NCBI GenBank assembly: GCA_027492035.1
Contig: JAOZFT010000004.1
Location: forward strand, 64,001 to 128,000
Direction: 5' to 3'
Length of the DNA: 64,000 nt
Source of the DNA: Thermoproteota archaeon
Lineage (GTDB): Archaea > Korarchaeota > JAOZGF01 > JAOZFZ01
In this document: piece after piece, positions 49,256-58,599 of the stretch
Layout of the letters: each line of letters begins with the position of its first letter
Position numbering within the stretch: the first letter of the stretch is position 1
The notes under the pieces: generated by a model
Told to the model about the DNA's origin: nothing
Seen by the model: only the letters and a program-made list of their open reading frames with translations
Database searches by the model: none
Program-made: the position numbers and the translations under genes

Positions 49256-50173
49256 CTAGAAGAAAGTTTCTTCTAACACGTCATAGTTGTCTATTTCTCC
49301 ATCACTATCCATATCTTTTCCTAAAAAGACAGCTGCATAATTTGTGGATGTGTTAACTTGAACTTCCTCCTTTTTGCCAAGAGTTAAATTCTGTAAAGCT
49401 AAAAGGGCTGTTTTTGTGCCGTGAAGACTTAAACCAGCTATTAATAGCAAAGCATATCTCTCGTTGTAGGGGTTTTGAATTTTCTCCAACACCCCCACTG
49501 CTTCGTCGGTGTAGTTCTTGTTTGTTAAAGAGGAAGAAACACGGTGATTAGCTACGTCAAAGAAGACAGGTAATAGGGAATTGATTTTATCCGTTAACAT
49601 GTTCGAGATTGGGCCACCTATTAAAATAAGGCTTCGTTCTATTTCTGAAATTTCCACCCTATAATCCACATCCATGTAAATACTTATTGGACTCAACCTT
49701 GTACTGAATAAACCGAGTAAGTAGGTTACTTGAGCAGCTAAATATGCATCTTTTGCTCTGTGCCCGTATTTCCCGTGAAGATCCGGTGAACCCACAACCA
49801 CATCGACATCTACTTTACCTTGAGTTATGAAATAATTTAGGGGGAACGGGGTTTGTTTATCTTCAACCTGGTTATGTATTAAACCCTGTTCAGGTTGCTC
49901 ACTTAAAAAGAGAATATAGGTTTTGGATGTAGGGGCGAGAAACTTCGTTTCTATTCCCTTCCTATGTATTTTCCTTACAGTTTTCACTAATCCTTCTCTT
50001 TTTAGAATTGAAATGTGGTAATATAATCGTTGCTCGTTTATGTTTAGTTCCTTAGCTAGTTTTTTCGTGTAAAGAGGTTTCTTAGCTAACCTTCTAAGTA
50101 TTTCGACGCGTGTGGGGTGAGCTAATGCTTTTAGTTCATTTATAGTGAGTAATTTAAACTTTTTATTAATCAC
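49256..50173 (-). CDS. ArsR-type HTH regulator fused to S-layer-like C-terminal domain
   Basis: KALAHPTRVEIL...LYYHI HTH; VVVGSPD, LILIGGPISN, LLIAG..GT motifs. Confidence 0.75.
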   Translation of the reverse strand: MINKKFKLLTINELKALAHPTRVEILRRLAKKPLYTKKLAKELNINEQRLYYHISILKREGLVKTVRKIHRKGIETKFLAPTSKTYILFLSEQPEQGLIHNQVEDKQTPFPLNYFITQGKVDVDVVVGSPDLHGKYGHRAKDAYLAAQVTYLLGLFSTRLSPISIYMDVDYRVEISEIERSLILIGGPISNMLTDKINSLLPVFFDVANHRVSSSLTNKNYTDEAVGVLEKIQNPYNERYALLLIAGLSLHGTKTALLALQNLTLGKKEEVQVNTSTNYAAVFLGKDMDSDGEIDNYDVLEETFF

Positions 50174-50486
50174 CTTTTTCCACCTAAAGTTTAAATTTTC
50201 TTATAACGGTATAAATTTTTTTTAGTTCTCTATTTTGAATACAGCTTCTTATTTCAATGAAAAACTCGAAGAAGATCACAGAGAAAAGGAAAGATAAATG
50301 TAGAATAATGAAACTTTATTCAGTGATTGTGCAAATGGATTGTATGATTTCACGTTTCTTATCTGTTTTAACAATCTTTAAATGAAGATTTTTATAAGAG
50401 CAATCAGTCTCTGAAAGTGTTTTACTTAATTTAGGGGGATACATGATCCTTCAACTAGCCATTTTCATTGAGTGGGGGAAACAAAC

Positions 50487-52295
50487 TTGTGCGGCATTGT
50501 GGGTGTCATAAGTAAAGAATTTAATGTTGCTCCTTTAATTGTTTCTATGCTGAAAAAATTGGAGTATAGAGGGTATGATTCCGCCGGTGTAGCTTTGGTT
50601 CAACCGGGAAAAGTAGTTGTAAAAAAGGATAGAGGAGTGATTGATGACATCAGGGAGAGGTATAACTTAACCAAAATGGAAGGTAAGGTAGGTTTAGGCC
50701 ATACAAGATGGGCAACGCATGGGGCTCCTTCACATAAAAATGCTCACCCCCATCAGGATTGCAGGGGTGAAATAGCAGTTGTACATAACGGTATAATTGA
50801 AAATTATGTGGAGTTGAAGAGGGAATTAGTTATTCGAGGACATTTATTCAAATCTGAAACAGATACAGAAGTTATACCGCATTTAATAGAAGAAAAGTTA
50901 GCTGAAGGATTAGATTTGAAGGAAGCAGTTAAGGAAACAGTTAAAAAATTAAAGGGTTCCTTTGCTATTGCTGTTGTTTCAAGCAAGTTTCCCCATAAAA
51001 TAGTTGCAGCTAAGAAAGGTAGTCCACTGGTGGTAGGTGTGTCTGAAGAAGCTTTATTCATAGCTTCTGATATACCAGCCTTTCTTCAACAAACAAACAA
51101 AGTTATTTTCATAAGCGAGGAAGAAATTGTTACTCTTACTGGTAATAAGGTTGAAATTGAAACTTTTAACGGTCAAAAAGTGAAAAGAACTATTCAAACA
51201 ATAAACTGGACATATGAAATGGCTCAAAAATCAGGATATCCACATTTCATGTTAAAAGAAATAGAAGAACAACCCCTAGCTATAAAAGAAACCCTTAGAT
51301 CAACTAATGGTGAACTAATGGAGATAGTTGAGGAAATAGTGAAAAATGAGGGAAACCTCTACTTTGTAGCAAGCGGAACCTCTTACCACGCTACACTTGC
51401 TGGAAAGTATATTTTCGCAAAAGTGGCGGGGATACCCTTTGAAACTATGCAATCATCGGAATTTACTGAAGCAATAGTTCCTACTCTTAGCCCAAAATCA
51501 CTGGTTTTTGCAGTTAGTCAATCGGGAGAAACTGCTGACACAAAAGTTTCACTTAAAAAAGCTAAAGAAAGGGGGGCTAAAACCATTGCTTTAACAAATG
51601 TTTTAGGAAGCTCAATAACTAGGATAGCTGATGAAGTATGTTACACTTACGCAGGCCCTGAGATAGGAGTAGCTGCAACTAAAACATTCACTTCTCAAAT
51701 TACGTTGCTGACTTATCTCGCCCTTAAATCAGCTGAGGTTTTAGGGCTTGAAGTGGAGGAGAAGTTTAGAAAACTGAAAAAGTTACCTCAATACCTTTCT
51801 AAAACTTTAACCACATCCAACCTTGCGCAAAGAATAGCTAAAGAAATAAAAAGCCATGGAGACGTTTACTTTATTGGAAGAGGAGTAGGATATCCAGTAG
51901 CTTTGGAAGGAGCCTTAAAATTGAAGGAAATAAGTTATATTCATGCGGAGGGAACAGGAGCGGGGGAGTATAAGCATGGTCCACTGGCGTTAATTAGTGA
52001 AAACACTCCTGTGGTAGCTGTTGTTACGCCCGGCCCATCGCAAACAAAGATGGTGGGAAACATAGAAGAAGTAAAAGCAAGAGGAGCTAAAGTTATTTCG
52101 ATAGCTCCAGAAGGAAACAAAAAAATAGAGGAAATGTCGAACTTCACCTTTAAAATAAATAGAGAAGTGGATGAATTCCTATCACCAGCACCTTACATAG
52201 TTCCTTTACAATATTTAGCTTATTATACAGCAGTTTTAAGAGGTTTAAACCCAGACAAGCCTAGAAACCTGGCTAAAAGCGTCACTGTAGAGTAA
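50487..52295 (+). CDS. glmS: Glutamine--fructose-6-phosphate aminotransferase
   Basis: TTG 50487 gives MCGIVG (catalytic Cys1); LEYRGYDSAG, GHTRWATHG, SQSGETAD, PRNLAKSVTVE. Confidence 0.97.
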   Translation: MCGIVGVISKEFNVAPLIVSMLKKLEYRGYDSAGVALVQPGKVVVKKDRGVIDDIRERYNLTKMEGKVGLGHTRWATHGAPSHKNAHPHQDCRGEIAVVHNGIIENYVELKRELVIRGHLFKSETDTEVIPHLIEEKLAEGLDLKEAVKETVKKLKGSFAIAVVSSKFPHKIVAAKKGSPLVVGVSEEALFIASDIPAFLQQTNKVIFISEEEIVTLTGNKVEIETFNGQKVKRTIQTINWTYEMAQKSGYPHFMLKEIEEQPLAIKETLRSTNGELMEIVEEIVKNEGNLYFVASGTSYHATLAGKYIFAKVAGIPFETMQSSEFTEAIVPTLSPKSLVFAVSQSGETADTKVSLKKAKERGAKTIALTNVLGSSITRIADEVCYTYAGPEIGVAATKTFTSQITLLTYLALKSAEVLGLEVEEKFRKLKKLPQYLSKTLTTSNLAQRIAKEIKSHGDVYFIGRGVGYPVALEGALKLKEISYIHAEGTGAGEYKHGPLALISENTPVVAVVTPGPSQTKMVGNIEEVKARGAKVISIAPEGNKKIEEMSNFTFKINREVDEFLSPAPYIVPLQYLAYYTAVLRGLNPDKPRNLAKSVTVE

Positions 52296-52299
52296 GGAG

Positions 52300-53412
52300 T
52301 TGTTTAGGATGACAGATTTATGTTTCATATCTAACAGTTTTCCTCCGGATAAAGTTGGCAGCAAAGAATATTACGCGTTTCACGTATACAACCGCGTAAA
52401 ACCAATTTGGGATGTAAAAGTAATAACTAAACATTGGTTATTAAAAATTCAAGATGAAAACGTTATCCAACTGGATTTCTGGAAAGTAAGAAAGATAGGA
52501 ACTTACCTCTGGGCTCATAAAGTAGCTAAGGTTTTGAAGGAACAAAACCCAAAACATGTTCATGCCTTCGATTTTAGATCAATTTATTCAGCTTATTTGA
52601 GCGGCTTAAATTTTTCAGGGACATTACACCATGAAGACATAAATTACATATCTAAACACTTTCTTCTCAAAAGAGTTTTTAGGAAATACTTTGAGAAAAG
52701 CGACAAGGTTTTCGTAACCAACTATAAATCGTTAAATCTTCTGAAGAATTCCTTTAAGGATATAACCGATAAACTTGAACTTCTACCTTTAGGAGTTGAT
52801 GCAAATAAGTTTTCTCCCTTTCAAAAGACCAACACTATAAAGAAAAGGCTAAGTCTAGGCGAGAATGTTATTTTGCACGTCAGTGGTGAACTAACCCAAA
52901 ACCAAGAATTAAAAAATTTAATTGAAGCATACCGTAAATTAAAGAAAGAAATAAATGTCTCTTTGCTGATAATAGGGAAACCCTCTGAGAGTTTCAAAGA
53001 TAAGTACAACCAACTTGTTAGAAACAGTCCCGACGTGACTTTCCTGGAATTTGTCCCTCACACAGAAATAAACAAGTATTACGCTTTAGCTGATGTTTTT
53101 GTTACCTTACCTTTAAAATATGACGGTGTGGGTTTGTCCATTCTGGAGGCAATGGCTTCAGCCACTCCTGTAATTTGTCCTCCTTCAGAAATCTATAAAG
53201 AAATGGGGGAGGAAAATATATTAACAGTCCCTAATGTAAAGGATGTTAAGGCACTAACAAAAATTCTAAAGGCTGTTCTAACAGATAAGAAATTCTCTAA
53301 AACATTAGGCTACAAGTCAAGGAAGTATGTGATGGAGAATTATACGATCGAAACAATGATTTCTAAGTTGTCAAAGTATTTTGAAGAGAAAATAAAAAAA
53401 GTGAAATCTTGA
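52300..53412 (+). CDS. Glycosyltransferase family 4
   Basis: LGVD..KF, ADVFV, DGVGLSILEAMASATPVI. Confidence 0.85.
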   Translation: MFRMTDLCFISNSFPPDKVGSKEYYAFHVYNRVKPIWDVKVITKHWLLKIQDENVIQLDFWKVRKIGTYLWAHKVAKVLKEQNPKHVHAFDFRSIYSAYLSGLNFSGTLHHEDINYISKHFLLKRVFRKYFEKSDKVFVTNYKSLNLLKNSFKDITDKLELLPLGVDANKFSPFQKTNTIKKRLSLGENVILHVSGELTQNQELKNLIEAYRKLKKEINVSLLIIGKPSESFKDKYNQLVRNSPDVTFLEFVPHTEINKYYALADVFVTLPLKYDGVGLSILEAMASATPVICPPSEIYKEMGEENILTVPNVKDVKALTKILKAVLTDKKFSKTLGYKSRKYVMENYTIETMISKLSKYFEEKIKKVKS

Positions 53413-53478
53413 AAGGCTACACCATATTTCATAACAAGGCTTTTCCGAAGCTAGAAATGCTCTAAGGAATTTAAAAAG

Positions 53479-55074
53479 TTAGGGTAAATATTTGACCATA
53501 TAAGCCCCCAAGTGTTCGTACCCTAGCCTTTTATAGTATAATTTTGTACCTAAAGCGCTTGTTACCAGAATTTTCTCTTTACGGTGCTTTTCACTTATTT
53601 CTTCAGCTAAAGATAAAAGCTTCTTTCCTACACCCTTATGCTGGTAAGCATTTTTTTTCTTGGCACCTACAGGAATCATCTCGCCATAAACATGCAGCTC
53701 ACGAACTAACGCTGACTTACCCCTTATCTCCCACCTGAAAACCTTTGAAGAAGGAAATCTGAGCCTAAGAAAACCTACCAATGCGTCCTCTAACTTAGCC
53801 GTTAAAAAGAATTCACGCCCCCCCGAGGCTTCATAACTAGTTATTTCATAACTTATTTCACAGGAACCTTCCTTTTTCTTCTTCAAACGACCTATTTCAT
53901 TACATCTTATGCATTTGCATCTTAACCCCTTTTCATCCATGTATTCCTTAATAAGTTGTCTTAAATTGCTTTTCTTAACACCAGCTGCTATTTCCGGTGC
54001 TGGGATGTCACGTTGAACCCGCATTATCCGCACCCAAGGCGGAACTAAGGATTTTATTGCAGCAATTACTTCAATTGCAGTTTCTAAACTGTAAGGGATG
54101 TACACCCCCTCTTTCCAAAGGGTATAAAGCTTAGTTCCAGGAATAACCAAGGTGGGGTAGATCTTTAACATGTCAGGTTTAAATTTCTCATCCATGAATA
54201 TTTCCTTCGCCATTGAAACATCCATCTTAGGAGTTGAACCAGGTAAACCAGGCATGATATGGTAACATACTTTTAAACCGGAGTCTTTCAGTTGTTGAGT
54301 GGCTTCATAAACATCCTTTACTCCATGTTCCCTATTTATCAAGGAGTATATTTCATCATAAATGGTTTGTACACCTAATTCAACCCTGGTAACACCTAAT
54401 TCCAGCATTAAGTTTATATGTTCCTTTTTTGAATAATCAGGCCTTGTCTCCACAGTTAAACCAACATTTCTTATTTCACTTGACTCAGCAAGCCTTTTTG
54501 TTTCCTCTAGCGTCCTTCCTATTTTATTATTTAAAGCGTCTAAACATTTTTTCACAAACCCCCTTTGATAATTTCTTGACATTGCAGGGAAAGTGCCTCC
54601 CATAATAATTAGTTCAACTTTGCTTACGGTATGTCCTATGGAGGATAATTGCTTTATACGCTGTTTAACTTGCATGTAAGGATTGAATTCGTTTTGAATT
54701 GCCCGCATAGCTGCTGGTTCTTTGCCTGTATAGCTCTGAGGAACGTCGCCAAAAATCGAACTAGGTCCTCCAGGGCAATAAATACATGGTTTATCTTTGG
54801 GACAGGGGAAGGGATGAGTCATAACTGCTATAACATTCACGCCTGAAAGACTTCTGACATTTTTTATCCTCAACAAGTTTTTAAATTGAAACAGCCCCCT
54901 CTTTTCCATGTAGGAGATAATCTCTGAATTTTTGGGGACCCTTCTCAAGTTTAGCCTTTTAGCTACCTTAATCTTTAATTTATTAAGTTGAACAGGGTCC
55001 ACAGTTCCTGAATTGGGAATTTCTTTCAACAATTCTTCAGAGAAAACATTTGTGGACCAGAGGGTGTTTTCCAA
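53479..55074 (-). CDS. elp3: Elp3 tRNA uridine(34) acetyltransferase (radical SAM plus GNAT)
   Basis: CPKDKPCIYCPGG, QSYTGKEPA, ETRPD, RVQRDIP, VRELHVYG, QHKGVG. Confidence 0.95.
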   Translation of the reverse strand: MENTLWSTNVFSEELLKEIPNSGTVDPVQLNKLKIKVAKRLNLRRVPKNSEIISYMEKRGLFQFKNLLRIKNVRSLSGVNVIAVMTHPFPCPKDKPCIYCPGGPSSIFGDVPQSYTGKEPAAMRAIQNEFNPYMQVKQRIKQLSSIGHTVSKVELIIMGGTFPAMSRNYQRGFVKKCLDALNNKIGRTLEETKRLAESSEIRNVGLTVETRPDYSKKEHINLMLELGVTRVELGVQTIYDEIYSLINREHGVKDVYEATQQLKDSGLKVCYHIMPGLPGSTPKMDVSMAKEIFMDEKFKPDMLKIYPTLVIPGTKLYTLWKEGVYIPYSLETAIEVIAAIKSLVPPWVRIMRVQRDIPAPEIAAGVKKSNLRQLIKEYMDEKGLRCKCIRCNEIGRLKKKKEGSCEISYEITSYEASGGREFFLTAKLEDALVGFLRLRFPSSKVFRWEIRGKSALVRELHVYGEMIPVGAKKKNAYQHKGVGKKLLSLAEEISEKHRKEKILVTSALGTKLYYKRLGYEHLGAYMVKYLP

Positions 55075-55296
55075 TTCTATATACCCCTAAATTTAATTAG
55101 TTTGGGAAAGGATAGTTTATTAGGGGGAGAGAGAAACTTTAATAATATTCTTTTAAATTCTCCTTAGCCTTTCATGGGAGTAGAGGAAAAAAGGCAGGTT
55201 TACTTACGTTACTTTTTTAAGGTATACCTTTATATTTTTAAACATTGAAGGAATTTTATGGAAGGGAAACGTGAGCATGGGATTTCTTTATTGCTT

Positions 55297-55326
55297 CTCT
55301 CCTTTTTTTTAAAAAAAAAGGGAGAG
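55297..55326. repeat. Near-perfect inverted repeat CTCTCC-T8/A9-GGGAGAG in the elp3/rps30e divergent intergenic region
   Basis: Directly visible dyad symmetry; function unknown. Confidence 0.6.
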
Positions 55327-55393
55327 TGAATGAAAAAGAGTAAAGGGTGAGAAGACTTTCTGCAGGTTAAAATTTTGAGGAGGTGATACTTTT

Positions 55394-55575
55394 ATGCCAA
55401 GAGGCAGCCACAGGTTTTAACCGGCTAGGGCAGCTTGGCAAAGGCAGGAAAGGTTAGAAAAGCTACTCCTAAGGTTGAAGGGAAAAAGAGACGCAGTCCC
55501 CCAGCTAGGGTAAGAAATAAAAGAAATTACATTAAGAGGGTGTTATTGAAAAGAAAAATTGGTCAACCTAAGTAG
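55394..55575 (+). CDS. rps30e: Ribosomal protein eS30 (S30e), join(55394..55411,55429..55575), 54 aa
   Basis: GGAGGTGA RBS 7 nt before ATG; spliced product MPRGSHGSLAKAGKVRKATPKVEGKKRRSPPARVRNKRNYIKRVLLKRKIGQPK matches the eS30 signature HGSL.KAGKVR..TPK; lies upstream of nop5. Confidence 0.92.
55412..55428 (+). other. Candidate 17-nt bulge-helix-bulge mRNA intron (AGGTTTTAACCGGCTAG)
   Basis: Canonical BHB geometry; contains in-frame TAA; removal restores frame and conserved motif. Confidence 0.88.
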
Positions 55576-55609
55576 GGAAGATCCAATTAAAAGACTAAGT
55601 AGGTAAAAA

Positions 55610-56788
55610 TTGAAAATGAAAGCTTACCTAACTGTTTCACCATTGGGAGTGTTAGCAGTAAATGAAAAAAAGGAAATAATTCTAGTTAAGAAATTAAAGG
55701 GGGATATAAACCAAGTAACGGACAAATTTATCTCTTTTTTAGAAAAAAGGACACTTACAGAACTCAATAACGCCTTAGAAGAATTACTAGATATGGGATA
55801 CCGAGAAATAAACATTGAAGAGAGGGAACCTGTAAAGGTAAAGGAAGAAATTAAGGGAGTCATAAAATATAGTATACCAAATAAAGCTGGTTTATTGTTT
55901 AGAAGATATTTCACGGCTTTATCAGTTGAAAAATTTGGTTTCAGAAACAAAAAGGAAGCAAGAAGACGCATTCGTGAAGTAAGTATAAGGGTTACGGTTT
56001 ATGGAATAAAGAAGGATAGATCCAGAAAGGATTTATCGATCATTCAAGCCATACATGTATTAGATGACTTGGAAAAAATGCTTAACTCCCTCTTTTTGAG
56101 GATAAAGGAATGGTACTCACTATACTTTCCTGAACTGTTTGATATATTAGAGTCTCAAGAATTAATAATCAAACTAATTTCCAAATTTAAGAAACCAGAA
56201 AAGATTAACCCACAAACCCTTAAGGAAGAATTTAATTTGCCATCAGAGATTATAAATAAAATAGCGAGTTCCATTAATGAAACTGTTGGGGCGAAGTTGC
56301 AAGAGAGAGACAGTGAGGTTATAGAGGAATTGATTCAGGAGTGGCTTTCTTTAAAAAAGTGCTATGATGCAGTGAGGGGCTACATAGAAGAGGAAATGCC
56401 GAAAGTAGCACCAAACACTTCTTCACTTACAGGGGCATTAATAGCTGCCCGGCTTATTTCGTCAGCAGGAGGGCTGGAATCACTTGCTAAATTACCCTCA
56501 AGCACTATCCAGTTATTAGGAGCTGAAAAAGCTTTATTCAGGTTTATAAGAGGAAAAGGTACACCCCCAAAACATGGAGTTATTTACCAATACCCTTTAA
56601 TAAGGAAGTCAAACAAGAAAGTAAGAGGGAAGCTAGCTCGTAAACTTGCTAACAAGATAGCCATTGCAGCTAGAATTGACATGTTTTCAGGGGGCAGAGG
56701 TGAAGGCAAGCTTCAAGAAAAATTTGTGAGAGAAATCAAAAATATTGTTAAGGAAGAAAGGAATGAAAGTAATAAACAGCAAATTTGA
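55610..56788 (+). CDS. nop5: C/D box sRNP protein Nop5 (Nop56/58)
   Basis: EWYSLYFPEL, APN...G..IAARLI, PSSTIQLLGAEKALF, PKHGVIYQ, RGKLAR. Confidence 0.93.
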   Translation: MKMKAYLTVSPLGVLAVNEKKEIILVKKLKGDINQVTDKFISFLEKRTLTELNNALEELLDMGYREINIEEREPVKVKEEIKGVIKYSIPNKAGLLFRRYFTALSVEKFGFRNKKEARRRIREVSIRVTVYGIKKDRSRKDLSIIQAIHVLDDLEKMLNSLFLRIKEWYSLYFPELFDILESQELIIKLISKFKKPEKINPQTLKEEFNLPSEIINKIASSINETVGAKLQERDSEVIEELIQEWLSLKKCYDAVRGYIEEEMPKVAPNTSSLTGALIAARLISSAGGLESLAKLPSSTIQLLGAEKALFRFIRGKGTPPKHGVIYQYPLIRKSNKKVRGKLARKLANKIAIAARIDMFSGGRGEGKLQEKFVREIKNIVKEERNESNKQQI

Positions 56789-57443
56789 GGGAATTTACTG
56801 GTTAAAAAAAGGTAAGAGAAAGTTCTTAGTAACAAAAAATTTAGTGCCTGGATTTAGAAGCTGTAATGAAGAAATAGTTTATGTAAATGGTCGAGAGTAT
56901 AGAGTATGGGACCCTTACAGGTCAAAAGCTTCTGCAGCGATACATAAAAAGGTAAAAGAGTTTCCTGTGAAGGAGGGGGACCTAATACTCTACCTTGGAG
57001 TAGCTTCTGGTACCACAGCGTCTTATTTAAGTGACATTATTGGTGAAGAGGGAGTCATCTATGGAGTTGATTTCTCAGCTTCAGCTTTATTACCATTAAT
57101 CCAAATTGCAAGGAAAAGGGAAAATATTGTTCCTTTACTCGCAGATGCAAGAACTCCTTCACGGTATATTAACTTCGTCGAAGAAGTTGATGTGGTGTAC
57201 TGCGACGTTGCGCAACCTAACCCTACTAGTATTGTGTCGACTAATTCAAATCTTTTTTTGAAAGAGTCAGGTTATGTACTGCTTGCTATAAAAGCCAGCA
57301 GCATCGATATTTCAAAAAAACCTAAAGAAGTGTACCTAGAAGAAGAGAAGAAGCTGAAAGAGACGGGTTTTGAAATAATTGACTCAGTGAATTTAGTGCC
57401 TTACCATAAGAAACATGCTTTCCTTCTCTTGAAAAGGAAGTAA
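56763..57443 (+). CDS. flpA: Fibrillarin-like rRNA/tRNA 2'-O-methyltransferase
   Basis: EYRVWDPYRSK, LYLGVASGTTAS, DARTP, DVAQPN; probable ATG 56763. Confidence 0.95.
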   Translation: MKVINSKFEGIYWLKKGKRKFLVTKNLVPGFRSCNEEIVYVNGREYRVWDPYRSKASAAIHKKVKEFPVKEGDLILYLGVASGTTASYLSDIIGEEGVIYGVDFSASALLPLIQIARKRENIVPLLADARTPSRYINFVEEVDVVYCDVAQPNPTSIVSTNSNLFLKESGYVLLAIKASSIDISKKPKEVYLEEEKKLKETGFEIIDSVNLVPYHKKHAFLLLKRK

Positions 57444-57460
57444 ATTTAGAGAAAAGAGAC

Positions 57461-58597
57461 ATGAAGCTTAAACTTTATAAGGAGGGAAAAGTTTTCTTCT
57501 TTGCTTCCCAAGGAGAACTTAATTCCTCCGCACCTGTTTTCTATAACCCGAAAATGAAACAGAATAGAGATTTCACAATATTAGTGGGAGCATGGCTTAG
57601 GAAAGAAAAGAAAAAAGGAATAAATTATTTAGAGCCATTATCAGCTTCTGGAGTTAGAGGGTTAAGGTTTGCAAAAGAAATTGAGGCCTCTAAAGTAATT
57701 ATTTCAGACAAGAAAAAGACAGCTTACCAAGTAATGCAGACGAACATCAAAATAAATGAGTTGGAAAGTAAAGTAACTCCTTTCAATTTGAAGGCAATTA
57801 CCTTAATGGAAATACTTAAAGAAATGATGTTCTGGTTTGATTTAGTTGACATAGACCCTTTTGGTTCACCAATCTACTTTGTTGAAGCTGCCTCAGCTAT
57901 TCTTAAAAGGAGAGGAGTACTAGCGGTTACAGCTACGGATTTAGCCACTTTACAAGGTGTTAAACCTGAAACATGTTTTAGAAGATACGGAGTAATGCCT
58001 TATAGAACAGATTATTCTAAAGAACTTGGTCTGAGAGTATTAATAAGTTCAGTAATTTTACGAGTCTCTCCCTCTGAAATATTTCTGGAACCTATTCTGT
58101 CCTTTGCAGGTAAGCATTACTACAGAATTTTCTTTCAAGAGGTGAAAGGTTTCAATTATAAGAGATGGGGTTACAATCTCTACTGCAAAAGTTGCTTATG
58201 GAGAGGAACAACCTCAATTGAAGAGAGTCACTACCATAAATGCCCCAATTGTGGAGGGAATATAAAGGTTATAGGGCCATTATGGTTAGGCCCTCTGGTA
58301 TCGTGCAACTTAATTGAAAAATTAAAAGAAATGCTTAGAAATTTTCGATATATAGAAGATAGAGAGAACCAAAAGTTGCTTAGTTTGTTAAGTCAAGAAT
58401 GTTCAGCCCCTCCTTTCTATTTCGATCTTCATTCTTTTTCGTCTAGAATAAGAGTCTCTCCACCAAACATCGAAGAAACAATGCTTAGGGTTAAAGAGCT
58501 AGGTTACTCAGCCTACAGAACCCATTTCTCCTCCACTGCAATAAAATCAAACATTGGCGCAAAGGACTTGACTGAATTGTTACGAAGGAGGAATTAA
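57461..58597 (+). CDS. trm1: tRNA (guanine26-N2)-dimethyltransferase Trm1
   Basis: VFYNPKM..NRD, SASGVRGLR, DIDPFGSP, TATD, GPLWLG, RTHF. Confidence 0.93.
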   Translation: MKLKLYKEGKVFFFASQGELNSSAPVFYNPKMKQNRDFTILVGAWLRKEKKKGINYLEPLSASGVRGLRFAKEIEASKVIISDKKKTAYQVMQTNIKINELESKVTPFNLKAITLMEILKEMMFWFDLVDIDPFGSPIYFVEAASAILKRRGVLAVTATDLATLQGVKPETCFRRYGVMPYRTDYSKELGLRVLISSVILRVSPSEIFLEPILSFAGKHYYRIFFQEVKGFNYKRWGYNLYCKSCLWRGTTSIEESHYHKCPNCGGNIKVIGPLWLGPLVSCNLIEKLKEMLRNFRYIEDRENQKLLSLLSQECSAPPFYFDLHSFSSRIRVSPPNIEETMLRVKELGYSAYRTHFSSTAIKSNIGAKDLTELLRRRN

Positions 58598-58599
58598 TT

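Noticed and set aside
55435-55575. Intron-free reading of rps30e from TTG 55435
   Set aside because: It would drop the conserved HGS residues, lacks a comparable RBS and leaves the upstream RBS-ATG-MPRGSH and the exact BHB unexplained; not formally excluded.
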